Positions 26,457 through 36,269 of a DNA stretch of 51,549 nt are shown piece by piece. Both the position numbers and the translations under genes were made by a program. Source of the stretch: Gemmatimonadales bacterium (GTDB taxonomy: Bacteria > Gemmatimonadota > Gemmatimonadetes > Gemmatimonadales > GWC2-71-9); contig JBFJCP010000032.1 of the NCBI GenBank assembly GCA_041615815.1, positions 1 through 51,549 of the forward strand. The letters run 5' to 3'. Within the stretch, counting starts at the first letter, position 1; each line of letters opens with the position of its first letter. Below the pieces are notes generated by a model. The model worked only from the letters and a program-made list of their open reading frames with translations, had not been told where the DNA came from and searched no databases.

Positions 26457-27935
26457 TTACGAGTCGGTGGTTCCGCTATCACCCTCCGGCATAGGCAGGG
26501 TCACGGTGAAGGTCGTCCCGTGACCCTTGCGACTCTGGACCGTGATCGAGCCGCCGTGCGCCTCGGCGATCCACTTGGAAATCGCCAGTCCCAGCCCGGC
26601 TCCCGCACGCTCCGCCACCCGGCTGCGGGCAGGGTCCGCTCGCCAGAAGCGGTCGAAGATATGCGGCAGCTCTCCCGGCGCAATGCCGATCCCGGTATCG
26701 CGCACCGACACGCTCACCGCCCCGTTGGCGGCGCCAGAGTCGATGGAGACCCGGCCACCCGGCGGTGTGTATTTGATGGCGTTGGTCAGCAAGTTCATGA
26801 GCAACTGCCGGATGCGACTCCGGTCGAGCTCCAGCACCATCGGCGTCTCCGGCACCTGCACCTCGACGTCGACGGACGCGTGCTCTCCCAGCATCCCGGC
26901 GGTCTCCGCCACTTCGGTGAGAATATCCCTGAGATCCAGTTTGTCCAGATGAAGGGGGGCACGCCCCTCATCGGCGCGTGCGAGCGTGAGCAGCGAGTCC
27001 ATCATCTCCGACATCCGGTTCGTCTCGACCAACATGTCCTCGAGGATCTCGAGCGTGCTGGGCGAGACCTCGGGATGGGTCATCGCCCGCTCGATGCCGG
27101 CGCGAATCACGGTCAGCGGGGTCTTGAGCTCATGGCTGGCATCGGCCGTGAACCGTCGCAGCGATCGGAAGCTACGCTCGAGGCGACCCATCATCGCGTT
27201 GAGCGTGATCGTCAGCCGCGCCAGCTCGTCGTTGGTCGTGGGGCGCGCCAGTCGACGGTGTAGACTCCGCCCGTCGGTGATCGCCTCCACCTCGTCCACG
27301 ATGGTCTCTACCGACTTGAGGGTGCGCCCCACGAGCACGTAGCCGACGACGATCGACGCCACGACCACCATCGGCGCCACCAGGAGCATGGCCGAGAGCA
27401 GCCGCTGCGCCCCCAACGCACCGGCCGCCCGGGGGGCGCCCGAGAGGACGGCCCGCACCGACGGGCCGGCGTTGAACACGGGCCGTACGAAGAACCGCAA
27501 CTCGCCCACGGGCACTCCCAGATCCAAGATCCCATAGCCCGGAACGATTTCGCCCGGTTCGCGAGCCAGCCCTTGCCCCAGCCGCGCGACGTCGTTGAAC
27601 GGAAGGGCGCGCGCATTGGCGGAGAGAAAGAGAATCTCGTTCTCTTCCCCGAACACGAGGACGTAGTCCCGCACCACACCCAGCAACCCTTCGACCTCCG
27701 GGACGAGCCCGAGTCGGTTGGAGGTGGGATCGAAGGCAACCACGGTCTCACGTGCGCGATAGGACTCGCTCAAGATCGTCGCGATGAGATCGGACTGCAG
27801 ACGGATGCGGCCGTCGAGCTCGGCATAACTGCGGGATCGCTGGATCAGGAAGATGATCACAGCGAAGGCGAGGATAGTGGCGCCCATGGCAACCGCGTAC
27901 CAGACGGCCAGGCGCCCCCGAATCGTGCGAATCAC
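26457..27935 (-). CDS. Membrane sensor histidine kinase (HAMP-HisKA-HATPase; heavy-metal-sensor-like)
   Basis: Two TM helices, HAMP, FTADASHELKTPL, NLLTNAIKY, DTGIGI, GAGLGLAI. Confidence 0.92.
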   Translation of the reverse strand: MIRTIRGRLAVWYAVAMGATILAFAVIIFLIQRSRSYAELDGRIRLQSDLIATILSESYRARETVVAFDPTSNRLGLVPEVEGLLGVVRDYVLVFGEENEILFLSANARALPFNDVARLGQGLAREPGEIVPGYGILDLGVPVGELRFFVRPVFNAGPSVRAVLSGAPRAAGALGAQRLLSAMLLVAPMVVVASIVVGYVLVGRTLKSVETIVDEVEAITDGRSLHRRLARPTTNDELARLTITLNAMMGRLERSFRSLRRFTADASHELKTPLTVIRAGIERAMTHPEVSPSTLEILEDMLVETNRMSEMMDSLLTLARADEGRAPLHLDKLDLRDILTEVAETAGMLGEHASVDVEVQVPETPMVLELDRSRIRQLLMNLLTNAIKYTPPGGRVSIDSGAANGAVSVSVRDTGIGIAPGELPHIFDRFWRADPARSRVAERAGAGLGLAISKWIAEAHGGSITVQSRKGHGTTFTVTLPMPEGDSGTTDS

Positions 27936-28621
27936 GTCGTTACTGGGCGTGCATCTTCTCGTAAAACATAACCCACGCCACGAACCGTGTGAATCAGCTT
28001 CGGCTCGAAGCCGTGATCGACTTTCTTGCGCAAGCGGTTGATCACCACATCCACGATGTTGGTCTGGGGATCGAAATGATAGTCCCAGGCATATTCGGTA
28101 ATGAGCGTTCGCGACATGACCCGTCCCCGGTTCCGTGCCAGGTACTCGAGCACGGCATATTCCTTGGGTGTCAGCTCGAGCACGCGACTCCCGCGCCGCA
28201 CTTCGTGACGTCCGGTGTCGATGGTCAGATCGGCAACCGTGATCACCGGGGGAGTGATGGCCTTGGGCCGACGTCCCAGGGCCTCGAGCCTCGCCAACAA
28301 CTCTTCGAACGCGAACGGTTTAGTGACGTAGTCGTCCGCCCCAATCCGTAACGCCTGCACTTTGGACTCGACCGCGTCCTGGGCGGTGAGGACGAGCACC
28401 GGCGTCGTCACGCCACGGTCGCGCAACGTCCGCAGGATCTCGACCCCCGAGACTCCCGGAAGGCGGAGGTCCAACACGATGACGTCATACGAGGTCTGGG
28501 AGGCCCGTCGAAGGGCTGCGGTCCCCTCGTCCACCAGATCTACCTGCATCCGCTGTTCCTCGAGGCCCCGCTGCACGTACTGCCCCACCATGCGGTCGTC
28601 CTCGACGACGAGGACTTTCAC
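27932..28621 (-). CDS. OmpR-family response regulator (CusR/CzcR-like)
   Basis: VVEDD, VLDLRLP, GADDYVTKPF, WDYHFDPQTNIVDVVINRLRKKVD, IHTVRGVGY. Confidence 0.93.
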   Translation of the reverse strand: MKVLVVEDDRMVGQYVQRGLEEQRMQVDLVDEGTAALRRASQTSYDVIVLDLRLPGVSGVEILRTLRDRGVTTPVLVLTAQDAVESKVQALRIGADDYVTKPFAFEELLARLEALGRRPKAITPPVITVADLTIDTGRHEVRRGSRVLELTPKEYAVLEYLARNRGRVMSRTLITEYAWDYHFDPQTNIVDVVINRLRKKVDHGFEPKLIHTVRGVGYVLREDARPVTT

Positions 28622-30189
28622 GGTCGGATCGGCGACGATGGAGCCACGGGCAGCAGCACCTGGAATGACGAGCCACGGCCCACCTGGGACTCGACGTGGA
28701 TGCGCCCACCGTGTTGCTGCACGATCCCATAGCAGATGGATAAACCGAGACCGGTGCCTCGGCCTGGCTGCTTGGACGTGAAGAACGGCTCGAAGATCTT
28801 GGGAAGGTCCTCGCGGGGAATGCCGGACCCGGTGTCTTCGAACTCGACCACGACCTCGTCGTCACGCACCGCACTGAGCCGCGTCCGGACCGTGAGCAGG
28901 CCCTCGCCTTCCATGGCATCGATGGCGTTGAGCATCAGCGCCAGAAACACCTGCATCAGTTGCTCGGCATTGGCCTGAATCGTCGGCAGGCCCGGGCGCA
29001 GCTCGCGAACCAACTTGATGCGCTTGAACCGGTCGTGATGCTTGACCAGGAACAATGCGTCCTCGACGATCTGGTTGAGCTCCGCCGCCCGTTTGTGACG
29101 CGCTTTGGGCCTCGAGAAGTCCAACAAACCAGTCACGATGTTCTGACAGCGTCCTAGCTCCGATTCGATGATGCGGAGATACTCGTCGTGCATTTGCGGA
29201 TCGGCGCTTCGGAGCGACAGCGCTTCCACACATGCGCCGATCGTGGCCAGGGGGTTGTTGATCTCATGCATGACACCGGCCGCCAGCTGGCCAATGGCGG
29301 CAAGCCGTTCCGTTTGCGCGATTCGCTGCTGGACCACCTTCCAGTCGGTAATGTCCTCTCCGATGGTGATGACATGCGAAACATCAGCGTCGTCCAGCCG
29401 CATGGGAATTTTCGTGATGCGGTAGTAGCGTGGCTCCCGATCCTCGCCGGATGACTCGACCTCGATCACCTCCATCTCGCCAGTGTGGAAGACGCGATCG
29501 AACTCCCGCTTGAGCAGCGCCTTGGGTTGCCGGTGCATCACGTCGAACACCGCCCGACCGATCACCTCATCCCGCCCCACCCCCTTGGTTCCGGTCTCCC
29601 GCGTTCGGTTCCACGCCTGGATCCGATACTGTCGGTCAATGACGTAGAGCCCCACGGGCAGGGAATCGATGATCTTGGTGGTGAAACGGCGCTGCGCGTC
29701 GATCTCGAGCGTGCGTAGCGCCACTTCGCTGGCGAGATCCTCGGACAGCGCAATGCTGGCCAGCATCGGTGCCAGGATATTCGCAATGAGCTGCACCGCA
29801 TCTCGAAGCGGCGTCGCCTGTGGTCCATCGGGAACGGTCGCCTCCAGCAGCCCGAGGGGCTCCCGTTCGTGCACCAGCGGGAGCCGCATGTGCCACTGGC
29901 CATCCCGCAACTCACAGCTCTCGCCAGCCGCCACCAGCCGTCCAACGCGCAAGACGGCATCCTGTGAGGGCGGGCGCGTTCCCCTCGCGACGATGGGCAT
30001 GAAGCCAGACCCATCGGGCGTTCGGATCCACACCCGACACCGATCGCTCCCGAGGCCTCGCACCAAGGCGCCCATGACCCCGCCCAAGACATCCTCGGAA
30101 CTGGCGCCGCTGGCGAGGTGGCCGGTGGCGTCCGCCAGAATGTGCAGCGCGCGGCGTTCCGCCTGTCGTTCGACGTCTAGTGGCTGCAT
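28618..30189 (-). CDS. Cytoplasmic GAF-like/PAS histidine kinase (NtrB-type)
   Basis: PAS ([13 protein letters not shown]...WN), [36 protein letters not shown]. Start re-picked at ATG 30189. Confidence 0.88.
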   Translation of the reverse strand: MQPLDVERQAERRALHILADATGHLASGASSEDVLGGVMGALVRGLGSDRCRVWIRTPDGSGFMPIVARGTRPPSQDAVLRVGRLVAAGESCELRDGQWHMRLPLVHEREPLGLLEATVPDGPQATPLRDAVQLIANILAPMLASIALSEDLASEVALRTLEIDAQRRFTTKIIDSLPVGLYVIDRQYRIQAWNRTRETGTKGVGRDEVIGRAVFDVMHRQPKALLKREFDRVFHTGEMEVIEVESSGEDREPRYYRITKIPMRLDDADVSHVITIGEDITDWKVVQQRIAQTERLAAIGQLAAGVMHEINNPLATIGACVEALSLRSADPQMHDEYLRIIESELGRCQNIVTGLLDFSRPKARHKRAAELNQIVEDALFLVKHHDRFKRIKLVRELRPGLPTIQANAEQLMQVFLALMLNAIDAMEGEGLLTVRTRLSAVRDDEVVVEFEDTGSGIPREDLPKIFEPFFTSKQPGRGTGLGLSICYGIVQQHGGRIHVESQVGRGSSFQVLLPVAPSSPIRP

Positions 30190-30314
30190 AGGTGGCTTCA
30201 CCTCGATCACCGGTGACACCAAGCGGAGACCCAGCAAGCCCGCAGCTCGCGCCGGCTTGCCGGCCCAATACTCAATATAAGTTATTTTCTCATAATTACT
30301 TAACCGCTGACCAA

Positions 30315-30785
30315 TCAGCCGAGCTTGCGAAGCTCGGCCAACAGCTCGGCGTTGTCTCGCTTGTGCCCCAGCTCGTGCTCGACGTGGGCCCACCGGAGGA
30401 TCCCTTGCTTGTCGACCATGAAGTAGGCGCGAGCCGAGAAGAACGGCTCCTCGAGGAGCGTACCATACTGGCGGCTGACCCGCCGCTTGAAATCGCTGAG
30501 CAGGTCGATGGTGATATCGTGTTGTTTCTTGAAGGCGTTGAGGGTGGGAACCGAATCGACACTGATCCCGAACACCGTGGCTTCGACGTTCGCAAAGGCG
30601 TCGAACTCGAGGCTGAAATCACACAGTTCCGCCGTACACACGCCGGTGAATGCCAAGGGGAAAAACGCCAGCAACACGTTGGACCTGCCCTGGAACGACG
30701 ACAAGGTGACGTCGCTCCCCGCCGTGGACGGCAAGGTGAAGTCCGGGGCAGGGTCCCCCGGCCGGGGTGACGGCGAAACGCCCAT
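30315..30785 (-). CDS. Peroxiredoxin (AhpC/TSA family, AhpE-like)
   Basis: [21 protein letters not shown] (PxxxTxxC), GISVD, LLSDF, conserved Arg in ARAYF. Confidence 0.9.
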   Translation of the reverse strand: MGVSPSPRPGDPAPDFTLPSTAGSDVTLSSFQGRSNVLLAFFPLAFTGVCTAELCDFSLEFDAFANVEATVFGISVDSVPTLNAFKKQHDITIDLLSDFKRRVSRQYGTLLEEPFFSARAYFMVDKQGILRWAHVEHELGHKRDNAELLAELRKLG

Positions 30786-30898
30786 CTGCGTGCTCCTCTC
30801 CGTAGTCCCTCGAGCCGATCCGTGGTCCCTTGTCTCGTGCCGCCTCTGGCGTCTAATTATGTCTGTCCTTCCGAGATTCTACAAAAGGAGTCGCCGCC

Positions 30899-31507
30899 AT
30901 GGCCCATGAGCTGCCGAAGCTGCCATACGGGTACGACGCACTCGAACCGCACATCGATGCGCGAACCATGGAAATCCACTTCTCGAAGCATCACCAGGGC
31001 TATGTGAACAAGCTCAATGCCGCACTCGAGAAGCATGCCGACCTGCAAAAGAAGAACGTCGAAGACCTGCTCCGCGGGATCGACAAGATTCCCGAAACGA
31101 TTCGGACGGCCGTACGCAACAACGGCGGCGGGCACGCGAATCATTCCCTGTTCTGGACCGTCATGACACGGGGCGGCGGCGGTGAACCTGGCGGGAAGCT
31201 CGCCGCCGCGATCGCGTCGACATTCGGCGACTTTGCCAAATTCAAGGAGCTTTTCTCCAGTGCTGCAGGCTCTCGTTTCGGAAGTGGCTGGGCCTGGCTC
31301 GTGGTACACCAGGGCAAGCTGGCCGTCGAGAGCTCACCCAACCAGGACAGTCCGCTGATGGACGGTCAGACGCCGATCCTGGGCCTCGATGTGTGGGAGC
31401 ACGCGTACTACCTGAAGTACCAGAACCGGCGCCCGGACTATATCCAGGCCTGGTGGAACGTCGTCAATTGGGATGAGGTCGCGAAGCGGTTCGATCGGGC
31501 AGGCTGA
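30899..31507 (+). CDS. sodA: Superoxide dismutase, Mn-type
   Basis: [27 protein letters not shown] (Mn-type Gly-Gly and Gln), [17 protein letters not shown]. Confidence 0.95.
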   Translation: MAHELPKLPYGYDALEPHIDARTMEIHFSKHHQGYVNKLNAALEKHADLQKKNVEDLLRGIDKIPETIRTAVRNNGGGHANHSLFWTVMTRGGGGEPGGKLAAAIASTFGDFAKFKELFSSAAGSRFGSGWAWLVVHQGKLAVESSPNQDSPLMDGQTPILGLDVWEHAYYLKYQNRRPDYIQAWWNVVNWDEVAKRFDRAG

Positions 31508-31538
31508 CAGCAGCAGGCTCGTGTCACGCTTACCCCTT

Positions 31539-31568
31539 CGGCTCCGGGACCGGTTGGTCTCGGAGCCG
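31539..31568. terminator. Hairpin between convergent sodA and zinc-finger genes
   Basis: 13-bp stem CGGCTCCGGGACC/GGTCTCGGAGCCG (one G-U) with GGTT loop. Confidence 0.55.
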
Positions 31569-31634
31569 CATCCTTGCCGGTGACCGAAGCCCGCACCGTT
31601 GTCGTTGCCGCCATCCGTGGCTGAACGCGAACCC

Positions 31635-31793
31635 CTAATCGCCACGGCACTGCGGACAGGCCTTGCGGCCATCGCCGTGGCAGCTTGGGCACGCGATGGG
31701 ACCGAAGGGGACTCGATCGCTGATCCCCGACCCCGCACAATCGACACAGGTCACCGAGCCGGTGCCCCCGCACTGCTTGCACTTCTCCCGCAT
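31635..31793 (-). CDS. Stand-alone DnaJ-type zinc-finger microprotein (52 aa)
   Basis: AGGAGG RBS before ATG 31793; [31 protein letters not shown]. Confidence 0.8.
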   Translation of the reverse strand: MREKCKQCGGTGSVTCVDCAGSGISDRVPFGPIACPSCHGDGRKACPQCRGD

Positions 31794-31931
31794 GGCGCCT
31801 CCTGGCCGGAACCGGACTCGACGAGCGATCATGAAGCATAGCCGTGGGTACGCGGAACTCGCGACGGGCCCCGTCTGTTCCCGCAATGAGTTGCTGCCCT
31901 TCCCCACTCTGTGCAGTCGAGAGCGCCATCA

Positions 31932-32795
31932 ATGCGTCGAACGAGACGGGTGTGTCCACCGCTGACCTTTGCCCTCGTCCTGAGCCTCGGGGTGGGCTGG
32001 ACGGTCCCCCTGCATGCGCAATGGACTCGCGGTCAGCCCGGGAAGCTCTGGGTCAAGACCGCGTTTTTCCTCCAGAAAACGGACGAGCGGTTCGCCGAAT
32101 CCGGTGAGCGCACCCAGTGGCTGGACATGGGCGAGTCGGATGCCCGGGCCCTGTACACGGATGTCATCGTGGGCATCCATCCCAACGTGGATCTCTGGGT
32201 GCAGATTCCCTTCTTCGATCTTCGTTTCAATCGGGACTTCGACCCGCGGCGCACGACGGGCTTCGGAGACATCCGCGGGTGGGTGCGGTGGAAGGTGGCG
32301 GACCTGTTTGACGGCAGCACGCCGGTGGCCGTGCGCGTCGGTGCCAAGGCACCCGTCGGTTCGTCGCCGCTCGACGCGGAGATCATCCCGGTGGGGGACG
32401 GTCAATGGGACGTGGAGGGGTTTGGAGAGATCGGCCACTCGTTCTGGCCGTTTCCGGCGTACGCCGAGTTATGGGTCGGGTACCGCGCTCGGTTCGCGAA
32501 TAACGAGAAGCTGAAGGATCCCGGTGGCGAATACGTCTTTTTGGCGGAGGCCGGTGTGAACCCCACGCCCGGAACCCTGCTCAAGGCTACCGTGGACGGG
32601 TTCTGGGGACGCAACTGGATCGTCGAGAGAATCACGACCGGAACCAAGCGGCGTATCCTGCAGCTGCAGTTCGGTGGCGGAGTCCAGTTCCCGCGCCCGC
32701 TGTGGATGGAAGTGGCAGTCCGGGTGCCCGCGAGCGGCCGGAACTTTCCGGCTGGGCCGCAGTTCGTGTTTGCGTTGAGCGCGGAGCTGAACTAG
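31932..32795 (+). CDS. Exported protein, probable outer-membrane beta-barrel
   Basis: Signal peptide (..PLHA/QW), TGFGDI, GDGQWD, alternating aromatic beta-strand pattern. Start re-picked at ATG 31932. Confidence 0.65.
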   Translation: MRRTRRVCPPLTFALVLSLGVGWTVPLHAQWTRGQPGKLWVKTAFFLQKTDERFAESGERTQWLDMGESDARALYTDVIVGIHPNVDLWVQIPFFDLRFNRDFDPRRTTGFGDIRGWVRWKVADLFDGSTPVAVRVGAKAPVGSSPLDAEIIPVGDGQWDVEGFGEIGHSFWPFPAYAELWVGYRARFANNEKLKDPGGEYVFLAEAGVNPTPGTLLKATVDGFWGRNWIVERITTGTKRRILQLQFGGGVQFPRPLWMEVAVRVPASGRNFPAGPQFVFALSAELN

Positions 32796-32899
32796 GGCGG
32801 GGATGCTGGGCCGGGTGCTCCGTGGCTGCTCTTGAACGTTTGCGAGGACTGCGAGGAACCACACCGGTCTTGAGCGGTCGAGAAAAGCGCTAGCACTTG

Positions 32900-35800
32900 C
32901 TACCGCTCCCTGCTCCCCGCTCCTTGCTCCCCGGACAACGCCACCTCCCGCATCCGCGGCACGATCACCGGCCCGCCGCCTCGGGAACCCACGAGCGTAT
33001 TGAAGGCCGCGATATCCGCGGTCAGGACGCTTCGCAGCTCGGACAGATGGCCCTCCAGCTCGCCCGTCAGATCGTTGAATCGCTCGTACGCCGAGTTGGT
33101 GGGCCGGTGGTCACTGCCCTCCATCATGCCATAGAGCCAGGCCCACTGATTCGTCAGCATGGGCTTGATGTTGGCCAAGTCGCCGCGGCGCGTCTGCACG
33201 AGTTGCGTCTCGATGCCCGTCAGCTTCCCCGTGATCGAGTCCGCGGCTTCGCGAATGTCGCTCCCGCGGCTTTGCATGAGTGCGGCAACGTTCTCGATCT
33301 GCTCTCGCACGGATCGAATCGTCCACACGGCCCGCTGGGTCTCGGTGATCTTGTCTCGCACCGCCACCATGAGGCTGAACTGCTCTCGCATGTCGGCCGC
33401 GGTGGCGGTCGAACGCGGGTCTTGTTGCACCCTGAACTCCTGCTCCTGGCTCCAGTCCCCCACCTGGAGGCGGGCGATGTACCGCCCGGGAACGGCCAGC
33501 GGACCACCGGTATAGCCACGAATAGGCGACTGGCGTCCCTCGTCCACCCCTGGGACGAGATACGGCGCGGGATACGTCAGATCCCACACGAGTCGGTTCA
33601 TGCCGGCTCGCACGTCGATACGATCGATCGCCCGACCGCTCTCATACGTCCCCCCCTCCGTCGAGTAGCGCCGGACCACGAGACTGTCCGCATCGAGGAT
33701 CTCGAGCGTGACGGGCCCCCGCGGTTCCGTGCGCAAGTAGGCATACACGACTGCGCCGTAGGGCGGGTTGGTGCCGGCCCGTTCGCTGCGGATCCCCCGC
33801 CCACCCATCCGCCAGCGATAGGCGTCCTTGGGACGGAAGAGGTGGCGCCCGGCCGCGACCACGTCCGGTGTCAGCTGATGGAGTGGGGTCACGTCGTCCA
33901 GAATCCAAAACGACCGCCCCTGCGTCGCGACCACGAGGTCTTGTCGGAAGACCTGGAGATCGGTGACCGGCGTGCGGGGCAGATTCTGCTGCAAACTCTG
34001 CCAGTGCGCCCCGTCGTCGAACGAGACGTAGATGCCGAACTCGGTCCCCGCATACAGAAGACCCGACCGATCGGGATCCTCTCGAACCACGCGAACCCAC
34101 TCATTGGCCGGGATACCGTTGCGCCCGTTCGTGAGCAACCGCCAGCTCCTGCCATAGTCCGCCGTGCGATAGATCATCGGACGGTAGTCATCCAGCCGGT
34201 AGCGGTGAACGGCCAGATACGCTTTGGCCGAATCGTGCGGGGAGAGCTCGATCATGTTCACCGTGGAGTGGATCCCCAGGCCGCGGGGCGTGATATCCGT
34301 CCAGTTTTCCCCGCCGTCGCGACTGAGATGCACGAGGCCATCGTCGGTCCCGGCCCACAACACGCCCTCCTCATGCGGAGACTCCTCGAGGGCGAAGATC
34401 ATCCCGTAGACCTCGACGCCCGTCTGATCGTGCGAGATGGGACCACCGGGCGGGTCCCGATGCATCGCCGCATCGAACTGCGTGAGATCGGGGCTGATCG
34501 TCTCCCAGCTCTGACCCTCGTTCATGGTTCGGTGCACGAACTGCGAGGGGTGATAGATCACGCCGGGGTTATGCGGCGAAATTTCAATGGGCGTGTTCCA
34601 TTGAAAGCGGTAGCGGAGCTCCGCGTTGGGATACGCGTGCCAAAACTGCGGGTATACCCAGATCTCGCGAAACTGGTTCTCCGCGTGATCGTAGCGGTTG
34701 ATCCGGCCTTTGCATCCACCGTACACGACGCCGGGATCGCGGGTGTCCACGGCAATGGGGCCGGTCTCGCATCCCGCCACGGCGTACCATTCTTCGTACG
34801 GCGTGATCCCACGCGTGGTGATGCTGGGCACCGAGATAGTGCTGTTGTCTTGCTGTTCACCGTACAGCCGATAGGGATGCTGCCCGTCCACCACGACGTG
34901 GTAGAACTCAGCGGTGTGCTGGTTGTAGATCGACGACCAGGTCTGTCCGCCGTCCCACGTGACCGTGGCGCCACCGTCGTTCCCCTGAATCATGACCTGC
35001 GGACGATCCGGGTTGATCCACAACGCATGGTGATCGCCATGGGGCGTCCCGATCCGCTCGAACGACCGTCCGCCATCCACCGACTTGAGGAATCCCTCGT
35101 TGCTCACGTAGACGGTGTTCTCATCCACCGGATCGGCGTGCACATGCATGTAGTACCACGGCCGAGCTTGAAGATCTTTGTCCGGGTTGACGAACCGAAA
35201 GCTCTGGCCGCCGTCGTCGGACCGATACAGCCCGCCACGGTCATCCGGGGCCTCGACGATGGCGTAGATGCGCCGCGAGTTGGCCGGCGAGACGGCAATA
35301 CCGATGCGCCCCACGAGCTCCGGCAGGCCCGCCGTGACCTGGGTCCAGTTTTCGCCCCCATCGGTGGTCCGGTAGATCCCGGATTCGCCACCGCCGCTGA
35401 TGACCGCCCACGGCTTGCGCTCGCCTCGCCACGCCGCGGCGAAGATCACGCGGGGATTTCGTGGATCCATAGAGAGGTCGACGACACCGGTGCTGTCGCT
35501 GAGATACAGCACCCGTTGCCAGGTCCCTCCGCCATCGAGGGATCGATAGACTCCGCGGTCGCGGTTCTTGCCGAACGCGTGTCCCAGCGCGGCGACATAT
35601 GCCACGTCCGGATTCCGAGGGTGGATTTGCACGGCGCCGATCTGTCCGACATCCGGCAGCCCCACCCGCTGCCATGTCCGCCCCGCGTCCGTCGACTTGT
35701 AGACCCCATCGCCGGGCGACACGTTGCCGCGAATGCAGGCAGACCCGGTCCCGACGTAGAGCACGTTGGGATCGGAGCCCGCAACCGCCACGGCTCCAAT

Positions 35801-36118
35801 GGATCCCACACCGAGGTATCCGTCGCTGATGTTGTCCCACCGCTCCCCACCACTGGTCGTCTTCCAGACGCCACCGCCCGTGCTCCCCATGTAGAATGTG
35901 AAGGGCTGGCCCGGCACACCGGCCACGGCCGTCACGCGACCTCCGCGACTCGGCCCGACGTTGCGAAACTCGAGCGCCTCATACAGCGCCGGGTCGATGA
36001 CTGTGTTGGGATCGCGACTGCGGCGCTGGGCATCCGCCGTGAGGGGCAGCCCAGCCGAAAGGGTGGACAGCGCGATGGCAATGCCGGTACAGACGTGGGT
36101 GGAGAAGGCGAACCGCAT
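32900..36118 (-). CDS. Secreted VPS10/BNR-repeat beta-propeller protein (glycosyl hydrolase-like)
   Basis: FRNVGPSRGGRV, repeated S/TxDGGxxW Asp-boxes, HGDHHALWI, GNDGG, helical C-terminus. Start re-picked at ATG 36118. Confidence 0.88.
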   Translation of the reverse strand: MRFAFSTHVCTGIAIALSTLSAGLPLTADAQRRSRDPNTVIDPALYEALEFRNVGPSRGGRVTAVAGVPGQPFTFYMGSTGGGVWKTTSGGERWDNISDGYLGVGSIGAVAVAGSDPNVLYVGTGSACIRGNVSPGDGVYKSTDAGRTWQRVGLPDVGQIGAVQIHPRNPDVAYVAALGHAFGKNRDRGVYRSLDGGGTWQRVLYLSDSTGVVDLSMDPRNPRVIFAAAWRGERKPWAVISGGGESGIYRTTDGGENWTQVTAGLPELVGRIGIAVSPANSRRIYAIVEAPDDRGGLYRSDDGGQSFRFVNPDKDLQARPWYYMHVHADPVDENTVYVSNEGFLKSVDGGRSFERIGTPHGDHHALWINPDRPQVMIQGNDGGATVTWDGGQTWSSIYNQHTAEFYHVVVDGQHPYRLYGEQQDNSTISVPSITTRGITPYEEWYAVAGCETGPIAVDTRDPGVVYGGCKGRINRYDHAENQFREIWVYPQFWHAYPNAELRYRFQWNTPIEISPHNPGVIYHPSQFVHRTMNEGQSWETISPDLTQFDAAMHRDPPGGPISHDQTGVEVYGMIFALEESPHEEGVLWAGTDDGLVHLSRDGGENWTDITPRGLGIHSTVNMIELSPHDSAKAYLAVHRYRLDDYRPMIYRTADYGRSWRLLTNGRNGIPANEWVRVVREDPDRSGLLYAGTEFGIYVSFDDGAHWQSLQQNLPRTPVTDLQVFRQDLVVATQGRSFWILDDVTPLHQLTPDVVAAGRHLFRPKDAYRWRMGGRGIRSERAGTNPPYGAVVYAYLRTEPRGPVTLEILDADSLVVRRYSTEGGTYESGRAIDRIDVRAGMNRLVWDLTYPAPYLVPGVDEGRQSPIRGYTGGPLAVPGRYIARLQVGDWSQEQEFRVQQDPRSTATAADMREQFSLMVAVRDKITETQRAVWTIRSVREQIENVAALMQSRGSDIREAADSITGKLTGIETQLVQTRRGDLANIKPMLTNQWAWLYGMMEGSDHRPTNSAYERFNDLTGELEGHLSELRSVLTADIAAFNTLVGSRGGGPVIVPRMREVALSGEQGAGSRER
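32905..32932 (+). repeat. Heptamer tandem repeat (GCTCCYY x4)
   Basis: GCTCCCT GCTCCCC GCTCCTT GCTCCCC at the 3' end of the VPS10-type gene. Confidence 0.7.
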
Positions 36119-36153
36119 AAAGACTCCAGGTGGTGGGAACGGGGATCCTGCTG

Positions 36154-36181
36154 AGATTACGAAAGGGCGATGGTCAGTCAA
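36154..36181 (-). promoter_or_regulatory. Putative sigma70 promoter for the VPS10-type gene
   Basis: TTGACT-16 nt-TAATCT on the minus strand; GGAG RBS before ATG 36118. Confidence 0.5.
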
Positions 36182-36269
36182 GGGAACGCCCGGGCCGCGA
36201 GCGCCGTTACCGAAAGGACCAGTCCCCAACGATCGAGGAGGGCCCACATCTCTGCAACCTGTGCGTCCC

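Noticed and set aside
31530..31637. Stop-codon readthrough (Pyl/Sec) of the zinc-finger TAG, given the downstream hairpin
   Set aside because: The downstream frame gives no meaningful sequence, there are no pyl or sel genes in the window, and the hairpin is better explained as a terminator between convergent genes.
32897..36154. 1085-aa plus-strand ORF, and similar long ORFs at 8120-9658, 10760-12085, 40125-42014 and 46105-47619
   Set aside because: They are antisense shadows of well-supported genes, expected in high-GC DNA, and show no recognisable motifs.
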